Virus record (IMG/VR): IMGVR_UViG_3300006802_012847
Span: 36,319-100,318 of that record
Direction: 5' to 3' (one strand)
Source: a virus
DNA length: 64,000 nt
The translations under genes were made by a program, and so were the position numbers. The notes beneath the pieces are model-generated. The model saw only the letters and a list, made by a program, of their open reading frames with translations, ran no database searches and had not been told where the DNA came from. Of this stretch, positions 1 through 10,888 are shown one piece after another; within the stretch, counting starts at the first letter, position 1, and each line of letters begins with the position of its first letter.

Positions 1-396
1 ATATGTGAATTAGCAAATAAAAATTTTGATGTGAATAAAGATGGAATTGTTAGTTACGACGATGCTTACATGATCTGGAACTATTTTATAGAGAATTTAA
101 CTATAGAAAATTATTATCAATATATTTCGCCGACATCGAGACGTAAAAATTATAACGATATTATATCATTTTTAGATTTAAAAACTGCTAGAAATAGTCA
201 AAATAAGATCAAGGGAGAATTCTTTAATTATAATTATAGCTCGTCGGTTGATCCAACAGGATCTTATTTAGCACCATATATAACAGACGTTGGTTTGTAT
301 GCTGGAGCTGATTTAGTGGCTATAGCAAAAATAGCTTCACCTATAAAAAATAATGGACAAATACCTATTAATATTGTGGTGAAATGGGATACATAA
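1..396 (+). CDS. 3' end of a virion structural (baseplate/tail-type) protein with a dockerin/EF-hand-like loop; 5' truncated by the window
   Basis: Frame is open from base 1 (ICELANKNFDVNKDGIVSYDDAYMI). C-terminal PYITDVGLY..LVAIAKIASPIK..IVVKWD resembles tail/baseplate proteins of large phages. Confidence 0.5.
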   Translation: MCELANKNFDVNKDGIVSYDDAYMIWNYFIENLTIENYYQYISPTSRRKNYNDIISFLDLKTARNSQNKIKGEFFNYNYSSSVDPTGSYLAPYITDVGLYAGADLVAIAKIASPIKNNGQIPINIVVKWDT

Positions 397-427
397 TTAT
401 ATTTATTATATAAGAACTTAAAATATT

Positions 428-910
428 ATGGCAACTTTACCCGATAGTAAAATCATAGATCGTGAATCGTCTGTTAAAAGTTTAGCAGATAGATATTTGG
501 CAGGTCAACCTGCTGGTGGTGCATATAATGTACAAAAAGACGTTAAAACCAACGGAACAAATGAATTAGCTTTAGGAGGAAGTAGTTTTGATCAAACTTA
601 TACAACCGAAAAAGGTTTTAAACTAGGTGCGACTACAGGCACCGAAAACTTTAATAATAAGTCTCTTAATTATAGTGATACTATCAATGGTGGTGTCAAA
701 ACAACAGGCGTCAATCAGATTTCTACTAATTGGAATGGAAATGCTTCTTTAAAAGATGCTACATATACTGTAGATCCAGGTTTTAAATTGCAAGCTCCTT
801 TAGGTCAAACGCAGTTTAAAGATGCTCAAGGAAATGAATCCAGAAATCAGTCGATTTATTTAAAAGGATTCAATAGTAACAAATATATTAACGGCAAGTT
901 CAGTCGATAA
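428..910 (+). CDS. hypothetical late protein with a two-copy internal repeat
   Basis: 160 aa; DQTYTTEKGFKLGATTG and DATYTVDPGFKLQAPLG repeats; TATTTAT box at 400-406. Confidence 0.55.
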   Translation: MATLPDSKIIDRESSVKSLADRYLAGQPAGGAYNVQKDVKTNGTNELALGGSSFDQTYTTEKGFKLGATTGTENFNNKSLNYSDTINGGVKTTGVNQISTNWNGNASLKDATYTVDPGFKLQAPLGQTQFKDAQGNESRNQSIYLKGFNSNKYINGKFSR

Positions 911-924
911 TATATATATTGTTA

Positions 925-1437
925 ATGGTTATATTAGGTTTAGACTCATCAACATCTACTACTGGATGGGCAATTAGTGTCGGTGGTAAAATTAAACATG
1001 CTGGTTTTATTGATACTAAAAAGTTAGAAACTACTAAAGAAAAAACGTTACACGTGATTTCGGAGTTAGAAAAAGTCCCACTTATAAAAAAAGTAGATTA
1101 TATTAACCTTGAAGCCGCCCTTAGTGGTTTTGCTGGAGGATTTACATCGCAACAAGTAATTATAACTTTGGCAAGACACAATGCTGTATTTGCTTATATA
1201 ATTGAAGAACATTTCAAAAAGAAAGTCAATCTTTTATCAGTTACAACAATGCGCAAACAACTATTTGGTAAATGTAGAGTTAAAGGTATTAAACCAAAAG
1301 AGTTTGTGAAGGAAGAACTAGAAAAAATGGTTCCAGATATTACTAAATTCAACATTAAAAATAAAAAAGGAAATTGGGACGAAAGAAACAGTGACATGTA
1401 CGATGGAGTTGTATGTGCATTGTATCAACAAATATAA
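925..1437 (+). CDS. ruvC: RuvC-like Holliday junction resolvase
   Basis: ILGLDSSTSTTGWA (catalytic Asp), INLE, C-terminal DMYDG; ATG at 925 (track starts at TTG 919). Confidence 0.8.
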   Translation: MVILGLDSSTSTTGWAISVGGKIKHAGFIDTKKLETTKEKTLHVISELEKVPLIKKVDYINLEAALSGFAGGFTSQQVIITLARHNAVFAYIIEEHFKKKVNLLSVTTMRKQLFGKCRVKGIKPKEFVKEELEKMVPDITKFNIKNKKGNWDERNSDMYDGVVCALYQQI

Positions 1438-1480
1438 ATGCTTGATTTTTATCATTTGTACATTACTCTGATAATGACCT

Positions 1481-2398
1481 ATGGTAGAAAAATCCGTTAT
1501 TGAAACATTAAGTAGACTTTTCAAGCATACTCCCATCATTCAAAAAGGTGGTACTGAAGTAATGTTTTTCTGTCCAAATTGCGATCATTACAAAAAGAAA
1601 CTTAATGTAAATACTACGAATGGGTATTATCATTGTTGGGTGTGTAATTTTAGTGGCAAAAGTTTTAGGACTCTTTTAAAGAAGTTAAAAGCACCGAAAG
1701 AGTTTTATGATATACTTTGTCAAATAAAATCAAAAGTCAGTTCTTTTAAAACTGAGGACACTAAATTATTTTTGCCGAGTGAGTTTGTTCCATTGTATAA
1801 CAAGTCATCTGACATAGGTCATAAACATGCACTGTCATATTGTGTTAAAAGAGGACTAACGGTTCACGATATTGTAAGATATAATATTGGATATTGTTCA
1901 GATGGTGTTTTTAAAAATAGGATAATAATTCCATCATACTCTGCATCTGGAGATTTAAACTTTTATTGTGGTAGAGACATTTATGATAGTAAAATGAAAT
2001 ATCGATTGTGTGACTCGTCTAAAGACATGATTGGATTTGAACTATTTACAGATTTTAATCATCCGTTAACTTTGGTCGAGGGAGTATTCGATGCTTTTTC
2101 TGTAAAGTATAATGCTGTTCCTTTATTTGGAAAAACATTATCTCATAGTTTGAAATTAAAGTTGATGAAACAAAAACCGCCACGGATAAATGTTTTATTA
2201 GATAATGACGCAATTCAAAATAGTATAGGAATATGTGAATTTCTTATTCAGAATGGAATTGATACACGATTGGTTTTATTAGATGGAAAAGATCCAAATG
2301 AGTTAGGACATATAAAAACTTGGAATGCCATAGATGCATGTGATAGGATGACTGAGAGTAGTTTATTTAAATTAAAGATTAAGTATAAAATTTTATGA
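1481..2398 (+). CDS. DNA primase (Zn finger + TOPRIM)
   Basis: CPNC...HCWVC Zn finger, RIIIP, LVEGVFDA, LDND, KDPNE. Confidence 0.9.
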   Translation: MVEKSVIETLSRLFKHTPIIQKGGTEVMFFCPNCDHYKKKLNVNTTNGYYHCWVCNFSGKSFRTLLKKLKAPKEFYDILCQIKSKVSSFKTEDTKLFLPSEFVPLYNKSSDIGHKHALSYCVKRGLTVHDIVRYNIGYCSDGVFKNRIIIPSYSASGDLNFYCGRDIYDSKMKYRLCDSSKDMIGFELFTDFNHPLTLVEGVFDAFSVKYNAVPLFGKTLSHSLKLKLMKQKPPRINVLLDNDAIQNSIGICEFLIQNGIDTRLVLLDGKDPNELGHIKTWNAIDACDRMTESSLFKLKIKYKIL

Positions 2399-5300
2399 TT
2401 GTATTAAAAAATACACAGACTAACATTGATAATGTAGTACAAGTTTCGGATATTCACATTAGATTAACTAAACGACATGACGAATATACTTCTGTATTTG
2501 ATAAGTTGTATAGTGCATTGGATAAATTAAAAAATAATACAAATGTAATTTGTTTAATAACAGGTGATGTATTTCACAACAAAGTAGATTTATCGCCAGA
2601 ATGTGTTAAGTTAGGAAGTGATTTTCTAAAACAATGTGCTGACAGAGTTCCTACAATTTTAATTGCGGGAAATCATGATGCGTTATTAAATAATAAAAGT
2701 AGGTTAGATAGTTTAACTCCAATTGTTGAAGGATTAAATCATCCTAATTTACATTATTTAAAAGAAACAGAAATTTATAGATACGAAAATATTTTATTCA
2801 ATCATTATAGTGTATTTGATGAACCCGATAAATACATTAATTTTGATACAGTTCCTACAAAATATAAATTAGAAACGGACCATCATATTGCTTTATTTCA
2901 CGGACCTGTTAATGATGCTGTTACCGATGTTGGGTATACTGTAAGTAATCGTGCTATTACGAATGATATTTTTGACGGACATCATATGGTTATGCTTGGA
3001 GACATTCATAAACATCAAGTCTTACAAGAATATGATGAAAACAATAATAAACCGGTGATTGTTTATGCGGGGTCAATGATTCAACAAAATCATGGAGAAG
3101 AACTTAAAGGACATGGATTTTTATTGTGGAATTTAAAAAGTAAATTATTTAAACATTATGAACTGCCCAATGATTATGGGTATTATACTATTGAAATCGA
3201 TAAAGGACAGTTAATAACTGATATCACTGATATTCCTAAAAAGGCTAGAGTTCGTGCAAGATGTTTTGAATCAATTCCATCTCAAGTCAAGAATATCATG
3301 AATGAGATAAAAAATAAATGTGAAGTTATAGAATCTACATTTATACGAATTGATGAATATGCAAATTCAATGGTTAAAAGTAATGGTATATTAGATATAC
3401 ATAATATATTCAATACCGATTATCAAAATACTCTGATTGAAGAAGCACTAGTTGCAAAGAAAGTTGAAAGGCCTTTAATTGAAAAAATTAAAGAGTTAAA
3501 TGCTAACATAAATACCGAAATATCAAAGGACAAGACTCCGAAAAATATTAGATGGAGGCCAAAGACTTTTGAATTCGATAATATGTTTAGTTATGGAGAA
3601 AATAATTTCATTGATTTTACAAAGTTAAAAGGAACGATAGGTTTATTTGCTCCTAATGCAAGTGGAAAATCATCTATCATGGATGCATTAGCATTTTGTA
3701 TTTTTGATAAATTTAGTAAAGGATATAAAGCTATCCATGTGATGAATGCTCAAAAAATGAGTTTTCGTTGTAAATTTAATTTTGAAGTTAGTGGAGTAGA
3801 TTATTTCATCGAACGTGAAGGCAAATCAGACAAAAAAGGAAATGTAAAAGTTAATGTTAAGTTTTATAAAATAGATAATGATGGAAATGAAGTTCCTTTG
3901 AATGGAGAAGCCAGACGAAGCACAAATGATATTATTAGAGATTACGTTGGTTCGTATGATGATTTTATTTTGACAGTATTGAGTGTTCAAAATAGCAAGG
4001 CTGCATCTTTTATTGACTTGGGACAGACAGAACGAAAAGATTTGTTGTGTCAGTTTATGGGACTTAATCTATTTGATAAACTATACAGTGTGGCAAATGA
4101 TAATTTCAAAGAAACAAATACATTGTTAAAGAACACTAGCAGAGAACAGTTAGAAGAAGAGTTAAAAGATGTTCAAGATGATATCAAAATCAATAAAAGT
4201 AAAATTGATGAGTGTCATAAACAAAATGAATTATTGGAAAATGATAAAGATGTTGAAAGTAGTATTTTGTTAAAACTAAGTAATGATATTGTTAAATTAG
4301 ATAGTTTTGATTTTGATATTAAAGATCTAGAATCCAAAAAAATTAAATTAGATTCTAACATTATTGATATAGACAAAAATATAAAGCTAAATCGATCTGA
4401 ACTGTCATCTATTAAAGAAGAATTAAAATCGTTGGAGAGTGAATTGGCTAATTGTGAAAACATTGAAGGAGACTTTGATGAATACAGATTATATAAAACA
4501 AAAGAAGCAAAGAAATTATCAGAAATTGAACAACTGAAACTTCTTATTAAAACGAAAGTTGATAAACTTAAAAAATTAGAAGAACACAAATACGATCCAG
4601 ATTGTGAATTTTGTGTCAATAATGTTTTTGTTAAAGATGCTATTGCAACTAAAAATGAATTAGAAGAAGAAAAGTTAAATGCTAATAACATTGTTTTAGA
4701 ATATAATGAATTAAAACAAAAAGTTGAATCGTATGGTGACATTGAAACGAGATATAAAAGTTGTCAAAAACTACAAACTGATAAATCTTCTAAAGAAAAA
4801 GAATTAAATAATGTTAATTCATTGATATTGAAGTTTGAAAACTCTCTTATAAAAGATAAAAATGAATTGAAATCGGTCAGTCAACATATCGACACATTTT
4901 ATAAGAACAAAGATATTATTGAAAATAACACAAAACTTTTAAAAGAAATTGAATCTCAGAAGAATTTGATTAAAGAAATTGAATTAAAAATGAAATCTAA
5001 TAATCAAATTTTACATGAAGCATTAAATGAGTCTGGAACGATAAATTTTAAATTAACCAATGTTACAGAAAAACTAGATAAAGTTAAAGAGTTAGAAGAA
5101 TCTTATGAAGCTTATAAATTATATACTTCTTTGGTAAGTAGAGATGGTATTCCATACAATGTAATTAAAAAGACATTGCCAGAAATTGAGAAAGAAGTAA
5201 ATAATATCCTACACTAGATTGTAGAATTTACTATTACTTTGAATACAGATGGTAAAAATATAATGACCAATATTGTGTACGATGATAAATATTGGCCTTT

Positions 5301-5583
5301 AGAAATGGCAAGTGGTATGGAGAAGTTTATTAGTGGACTCGCAATAAGAGTAAGTTTAATCAATATTAGCAATTTACCAAGACCAAATTGTATATGTATT
5401 GATGAAGGATTTGGTTGTGCTGATAGTGATCACTTGGGTCAGATGGGTTCATTATTTACATACTTAAAACACCAATTTGAATTCATTTGGGTTATTAGTC
5501 ATTTGGATCAATTAAGAGACATGGTTGACGAACATCTAGAAATTAAAAAAGAAAATGGATTTAGTAAGATAAATTGTGTTTGA
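2395..5583 (+). CDS. Mre11/SbcD nuclease-Rad50/SbcC ATPase fusion (gp47-gp46-like), interrupted by one in-frame TAG at 5215-5217
   Basis: DIH, GDVFH, GNHD, GDIHK phosphoesterase motifs; Walker A APNASGKSS; coiled coil with CEFC zinc hook. After the TAG the same frame gives the signature LEMASGMEK, Walker B ICIDEGFG and H-loop VISH. Confidence 0.85.
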
Positions 5584-5600
5584 TTTATTTTTAAACAGTT

Positions 5601-5634
5601 CCGTCAAAGTGAATGCCATTCTGACGGTTTTTTT
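5601..5634 (+). terminator. intrinsic terminator
   Basis: CCGTCA...TGACGG stem followed by T7. Confidence 0.55.
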
Positions 5635-5766
5635 GTGCATTTGTTATTTTTTTGTCTAAAAAGTTCAAAGTCGTTATAAATAGTATGATGTTCGACTTTT
5701 TTGGCAATATTTATAAATTAACATAACTTAAAAAAAGTTAAAAGTTTACTGAAAGGAAAATAACAT

Positions 5767-8700
5767 ATGCCAATACAAGAAGGTGGAAGATTCAGTCCAA
5801 CACAAAATATAGTGAGTCCAGGCGTATTTACACGCGAAAACGACTTATCGGGGCTAGCACAAGGCGTAGCCAACATAGGAGGGGCAATTGTGGCGCCGTT
5901 TGCTGACGGTCCCGCGTTTTACCCCAATATTATAACAGACGTAGCAACTTTAGAACAACGATTCGGTTTAGCCGATGGAATTTACTACGGTCCATATACA
6001 GCAAAAGAATATTTGTTGCAACAAGGTATTGTGACAATTGTTCGTGTAGGTGGATTAACTGGTTACTGGCAGAAAAACCCACTAGTGGTTTATGCCCAAC
6101 CAGGTGAATGGGATAGAAGTTCGGACATAGGAGCGTTAACAACAGCGTCCTTTATGTACTTAAATAGTGATGATTATACCACTAATATTCAATATGTACA
6201 TAGTTCGTCCGCGTATGAAATTTCAGCATCTACATCAGTTCACAGAACCGGTTCATTATCTGGTGTGGGATGTACAGGTCAATTAACTACGTTGTCCGAA
6301 ATTTCTTCCTTTTTGGGATCTAATTCTGGCCTACCGTCAATTAATAATTTATCTGCTTCATTAGCAGCTGCATATGGGGATCGTAAATTAGTATCATTGA
6401 CAAGTATTCAAGCTTATACCGCATTTTCTGCATCTGTTGTTGCAGGTGGTAAAAAAGTTGGAACTACTTCCGACTACACACTTGCTTGGTGGGATGTTAA
6501 TAAAACAATTCCATCTGGTTCATTGTATGAATCTGGAAGTAATGGTTCAAGTACTATTGGCATTAATTCTACACTTAATGGTACTTACACTCCAGGCGGT
6601 GGAAAATCATTTAGTGCTGGATCTGGTTCATATCTGACTGCTTCGGTTATTATGACCACCTCTGGACAAATTAAATGGCCATTTGTGTTTGTCAATAATG
6701 CTGTTTCAACTGGAGTTACTGTAACTTCTTATGTGAATAATGCAGAGGCACAACCAACTGGAAGTAACTTTAGAGTTATTTCTTCGTATGATAACTCATC
6801 TATGGTGTTTAGTGGAAGTATCAATGCTAGATTTGGTCCAAAAGGAGCTACTAGTGGATATCCATCATCTTATAATGGAGAAGGAGCTAGTTTAAGTGGA
6901 AGTAAATTATATTACAATAAACAAGTTTCTTTAGGTACTGTTAAAACTGGAATGTTGGCAAGGTCATTCGATGGGGTAAGTTTACCATCATGGGCTGCTG
7001 GATATCATTATTTATCCTCCAGTGTTCAAGGATCGGATACTGATGAAGAAACACAAATTGCAACAGCAATTGCAGAAAGTACAGAAACTACTTACTTATT
7101 ATCTTGTAGTGTTCTTAATGTAGGAAGTACTACTTCTCAACTCTCATTGACATACGATCAAGATACATTTGATGCTACTAGTACATTATACATAAAGTCT
7201 GGTAGTTTCACTGCTGTTCGTAGTGCCGCAACTTGTGGTGCTGGTTTAAGATTCTTAGGTATAATTAACGGTGAATATGGTCCATTTGCTGGAACATTTA
7301 CTGCTAGTGATGCCGGATTAAATGATCCATGTAATCCAGTAACTGATGTACGTAAACCAATGGTATTATCTGTATTAGCAAATACCCAAAATGCTTCTAC
7401 GCAATTTGGAACAGATTATACAGTTAATGGGTTTGCAACTTCAACCATTAGTCAACAAACTAGTTCGGTATTTCCATACAATGGAGGCGTTAATCCTACA
7501 GAGAATGATTATCAATTAGTATTGAAGTATAACTACACTGACACAGAAGATAATACTTTTGCTGGCACTTATGGTTATTATAACTTTAGTTTAAATGAAA
7601 GTGATAATAACTACATTAAAGATGTATTTGGTATGATTGCTACTGTTGGTAATCCTGCTAAACAAATTGCTGGACAAAAAGTTGAAGCAGCTTACAACTA
7701 TGTATTGTTTGAAGATTCTATCAAACGATTCTTAGCTGAGAAAACTAGACCTTCGGCTGAAGGTGGTGGTTGGCAGTTAAGAGTTGCTTCAGTGCCATCT
7801 GCTTCGTTCTCCACAGGCGAATCTATGAAGTTTGTTGATCAATATTCATATGATCCAAATAGCGGTGACTCACAGTTTGCTATCACAAATGCAAAAACAC
7901 CATGGATTTATTCTCAAAAGGTATCTCCATTCAAGGGTAGTGCTGATGAAGCTGCTAAACCAACCAAATTCAAATTATTTAAAGTTCACACATTAAGTGA
8001 TGGTACTTTAAGTAATAAGAAATATAAGATTGAAATTAGTAACGTTAAATTAGCAGGCACAGTTCCAGGTAGTGATTGGGGTACATTCACACTTGCTGTA
8101 CGTGCTTATAGTGATACTGATAAGAGACCTAAGTATTTGGAAATCTTCCAGAACTTAAATCTAAACCCAGACAGTGCTAACTTTGTTGCACGTAGAATTG
8201 GTGATAGATATTCTTATATTACGTTTGCTGGCAAGATCATAGAATTCGGTACTTATGCTAATTTGAGTAAGTATATCAGAATTGAAATGACTGACGTTGC
8301 TTATCCAGATATTGTTGTTCCTTATGGATTTGAATCATACTATGCTCCGGTAGACGGAACAATGAGTACATTGTTACCTGCTGTAAGATATAGTAAGGCT
8401 TCTATCTTCGGATTGTCGCCTGGTAAATATCCATCTGGTACTGTGTTTGGTGAGGTTCCAGAAGCATCTGACGAACTTGCTTCTCTATATCCTACATCTT
8501 CGTTTGGTGTTGGTGTTGAAAATGACACTAAGAATTGGTTTAAACCACTTCCAACTTATGGTGGTGCTGATCAAAATGGTGACAACATTGACTTCAGTTT
8601 GGAAGATAAATCTTATGGAGGAGGAACTAGTGGATATTATGGACAAGGTGTACCAGCAAGTACAGGTTCTTTACTTGCTCCAAGTCTAAGTGGTAGTATT

Positions 8701-9744
8701 CCTGCTACATACGATCCAGTTAATGAAACTACTTACGTTAAACTTCGTAAATTCATTCTCGGATTCCAAGGTGGTTTTGATGGTCAATGGCCAGCAATTC
8801 CAATTAATGTAGGAAGTGATATTACTGCTGGTAACACTCAAGGTATGGATTGTACAAATATCAAGAGTCCAGGTAGTATCGCATACAAACAATGTATTGC
8901 TGCTCTTGGAAATGCAGATGAGTTCGATATCAACTTGATTGTATTGCCAGGTATCTTCAGAGAACAACACAGCTATGTAACTGAAATTACAATTGATATG
9001 TGTGAAGCTCGTGGAGATTGTTTCTACATTATGGATAACGTAGTATTCCCTGCTAGTAACCAATCTATTGGATTAATTGATGCAGCTCTTAATTCGGTTG
9101 CTACAATTGATAGTAACTATGTTGGTACATACTATCCATGGGTTAAGATTCTTGATACGAACATGAACAAGATCATCAGTGTTCCTCCATCAGTTGTCTT
9201 ACCGTCGGTATACGCATCAAATGATAATGCTGCTGCTGAATGGTATGCTCCAGCTGGTTTAAATCGTGGTGGAATTACAACTGCTGTTCAAGTTCTTGAT
9301 AGATTGACACACGCAGAACGTGATCAACTCTATGAAGGTCGTGTCAATCCAATCGCTGCGTTCCCAGGTCAAGGTATTGTAGTTTGGGGTCAAAAGACTC
9401 TCCAAATTGCTCCAAGTGCTCTTGATAGAATTAATGTAAGAAGATTGTTGATCAACTTGAAGAAGTTTATTGCAAGTTCAAGCAACTATTTGGTATTCGA
9501 ACAAAATGTTGCTTCTACACGTAATAGATTCTTGAGCATCGTCAATCCATTCTTGGAAAGTGTACAACAACGTAATGGTATTTACGCTTACCAAGTCAAG
9601 ATGGATGCCGAAAACAACACACCAGACTTGATTGATAGAAACATCCTATACGGACAAATCTTCATTCAACCAACCAGAACCGCTGAGTTCATTATCTTGG
9701 ACTTCAACATTCTGCCAACTGGAGGGGCTAGTTTTAGTGCTTAA
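5767..9744 (+). CDS. contractile tail sheath protein (gp18-like), enlarged
   Basis: N-terminal SPGVFTREND; C-terminal YYPWVK, WYAPAGLNRG, LYEGRVNPI, VWGQKTL, DRINVRRL, PTRTAEFI; SD GAAAGG upstream. Confidence 0.95.
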   Translation: MPIQEGGRFSPTQNIVSPGVFTRENDLSGLAQGVANIGGAIVAPFADGPAFYPNIITDVATLEQRFGLADGIYYGPYTAKEYLLQQGIVTIVRVGGLTGYWQKNPLVVYAQPGEWDRSSDIGALTTASFMYLNSDDYTTNIQYVHSSSAYEISASTSVHRTGSLSGVGCTGQLTTLSEISSFLGSNSGLPSINNLSASLAAAYGDRKLVSLTSIQAYTAFSASVVAGGKKVGTTSDYTLAWWDVNKTIPSGSLYESGSNGSSTIGINSTLNGTYTPGGGKSFSAGSGSYLTASVIMTTSGQIKWPFVFVNNAVSTGVTVTSYVNNAEAQPTGSNFRVISSYDNSSMVFSGSINARFGPKGATSGYPSSYNGEGASLSGSKLYYNKQVSLGTVKTGMLARSFDGVSLPSWAAGYHYLSSSVQGSDTDEETQIATAIAESTETTYLLSCSVLNVGSTTSQLSLTYDQDTFDATSTLYIKSGSFTAVRSAATCGAGLRFLGIINGEYGPFAGTFTASDAGLNDPCNPVTDVRKPMVLSVLANTQNASTQFGTDYTVNGFATSTISQQTSSVFPYNGGVNPTENDYQLVLKYNYTDTEDNTFAGTYGYYNFSLNESDNNYIKDVFGMIATVGNPAKQIAGQKVEAAYNYVLFEDSIKRFLAEKTRPSAEGGGWQLRVASVPSASFSTGESMKFVDQYSYDPNSGDSQFAITNAKTPWIYSQKVSPFKGSADEAAKPTKFKLFKVHTLSDGTLSNKKYKIEISNVKLAGTVPGSDWGTFTLAVRAYSDTDKRPKYLEIFQNLNLNPDSANFVARRIGDRYSYITFAGKIIEFGTYANLSKYIRIEMTDVAYPDIVVPYGFESYYAPVDGTMSTLLPAVRYSKASIFGLSPGKYPSGTVFGEVPEASDELASLYPTSSFGVGVENDTKNWFKPLPTYGGADQNGDNIDFSLEDKSYGGGTSGYYGQGVPASTGSLLAPSLSGSIPATYDPVNETTYVKLRKFILGFQGGFDGQWPAIPINVGSDITAGNTQGMDCTNIKSPGSIAYKQCIAALGNADEFDINLIVLPGIFREQHSYVTEITIDMCEARGDCFYIMDNVVFPASNQSIGLIDAALNSVATIDSNYVGTYYPWVKILDTNMNKIISVPPSVVLPSVYASNDNAAAEWYAPAGLNRGGITTAVQVLDRLTHAERDQLYEGRVNPIAAFPGQGIVVWGQKTLQIAPSALDRINVRRLLINLKKFIASSSNYLVFEQNVASTRNRFLSIVNPFLESVQQRNGIYAYQVKMDAENNTPDLIDRNILYGQIFIQPTRTAEFIILDFNILPTGGASFSA

Positions 9745-9755
9745 TTAAAAAACAC

Positions 9756-9783
9756 AAAACCTCATCGTAATTGATGAGGTTTT
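9756..9783 (+). terminator. intrinsic terminator
   Basis: AAAACCTCATC-gtaatt-GATGAGGTTTT hairpin after the sheath gene. Confidence 0.75.
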
Positions 9784-9836
9784 ATTTTGTTTACTAGGTT
9801 TTTAACTTTTTACCCACTTATATACTATTTATTAAT

Positions 9837-10580
9837 ATGAAGAATATTAAAAAAATCTGTGAATGGACTGGTCAAGAATTTTATGTTGATTTTAAACATA
9901 GAAATCAAAGATTTATAGATAAAAATGCAATGTATACTTGGCGAAAAAATCAAAATAGAGAAACTGTTAAATGTTTAAAATGTGGAAACGAATTTGAAAG
10001 ATATAAAAATATATTACATCCAAAAAGCGGAAAACCCACACAATATTGTTCCAATGAATGTAACAGAACGTCCGATGAAAAACGAGAAAAATTAAAAAAA
10101 TGGGCAAATTCAAACAGTAATCATTGGTTTAATAAAAAGTGTCAATCTAAAGTAAAATTGACAAAACTTGAAAAATACGGAGATGAAAATTACAACAATA
10201 CAGAAAAGTCAATAGAAACTTGTTTATCTAAATATGGTGTTCCGTATACAGTTTATTTACCACATGTTAGATCAAATGGCAAAACCATATCTAAATTTCA
10301 AAAAAGAATTTATGATGAGGTTAAAAAAGAATATTCGGATGCTTTATTAGAAGAATATCTGTCGGATATAAATAAATCGGTCGATATTTATGTTCCTTCA
10401 AAGAAACTAATAATAGAATGTTTTGGTGATTATTGGCATTGTAATCCAAACGTATATAAACCAGAATACTATCATAAAAATGTTAAGTTAACAGCTAAAC
10501 AAATTTGGGATAGAGATAATGAACGAATTGAACATTTCAAAAAACTCGGTTATGATATAAAAATAGTTTGGGAATCATAA
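9837..10580 (+). CDS. free-standing Vsr/DUF559-like (putative homing) endonuclease with Cys-rich DNA-binding repeats
   Basis: CLKCG..YCSNEC, KYGDENYNN / KYGVPY repeats, VDIYVPSKKLIIECFGDYWH, RDNERIEHFKKLGYDIKIVWES. Confidence 0.75.
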   Translation: MKNIKKICEWTGQEFYVDFKHRNQRFIDKNAMYTWRKNQNRETVKCLKCGNEFERYKNILHPKSGKPTQYCSNECNRTSDEKREKLKKWANSNSNHWFNKKCQSKVKLTKLEKYGDENYNNTEKSIETCLSKYGVPYTVYLPHVRSNGKTISKFQKRIYDEVKKEYSDALLEEYLSDINKSVDIYVPSKKLIIECFGDYWHCNPNVYKPEYYHKNVKLTAKQIWDRDNERIEHFKKLGYDIKIVWES

Positions 10581-10600
10581 ACAGTTTATATTTATAATAT

Positions 10601-10888
10601 ATGATACTTTTTTCTAAAATTTTTAATGATATCAAAGAATCGGATGAATCTGGTAATTACGATGAACTAGTCAGATTAATTGATGTTGTTTTGAATGATA
10701 CTAATAAATTAGTTGTAGATAACTTAGAAGCTATTAAAAAAATGATTCAAAGCGGTAATATTAATAAAGACATTTTAGAAGTTTATTTATCTAATTACAA
10801 ACGTTATTTTAATAGAGATAGTGGTGGAACACCAGAAGTAGTTAGAGGAATAACAATGCAAAGTAAAATCGAGGATTTATTAAAATGA
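10601..10888 (+). CDS. hypothetical late protein (putative internal head protein)
   Basis: 95 aa; leader MILFSKIFNDIKE; TATTTAT at 10589. Confidence 0.55.
   Translation: MILFSKIFNDIKESDESGNYDELVRLIDVVLNDTNKLVVDNLEAIKKMIQSGNINKDILEVYLSNYKRYFNRDSGGTPEVVRGITMQSKIEDLLK

Noticed and set aside
5536-5640. Minus-strand 34-aa ORF with AFTLTEL, resembling a prepilin cleavage motif
   Set aside because: It lacks the hydrophobic helix required after the motif and overlaps a terminator and a gene end, so it is likely chance.
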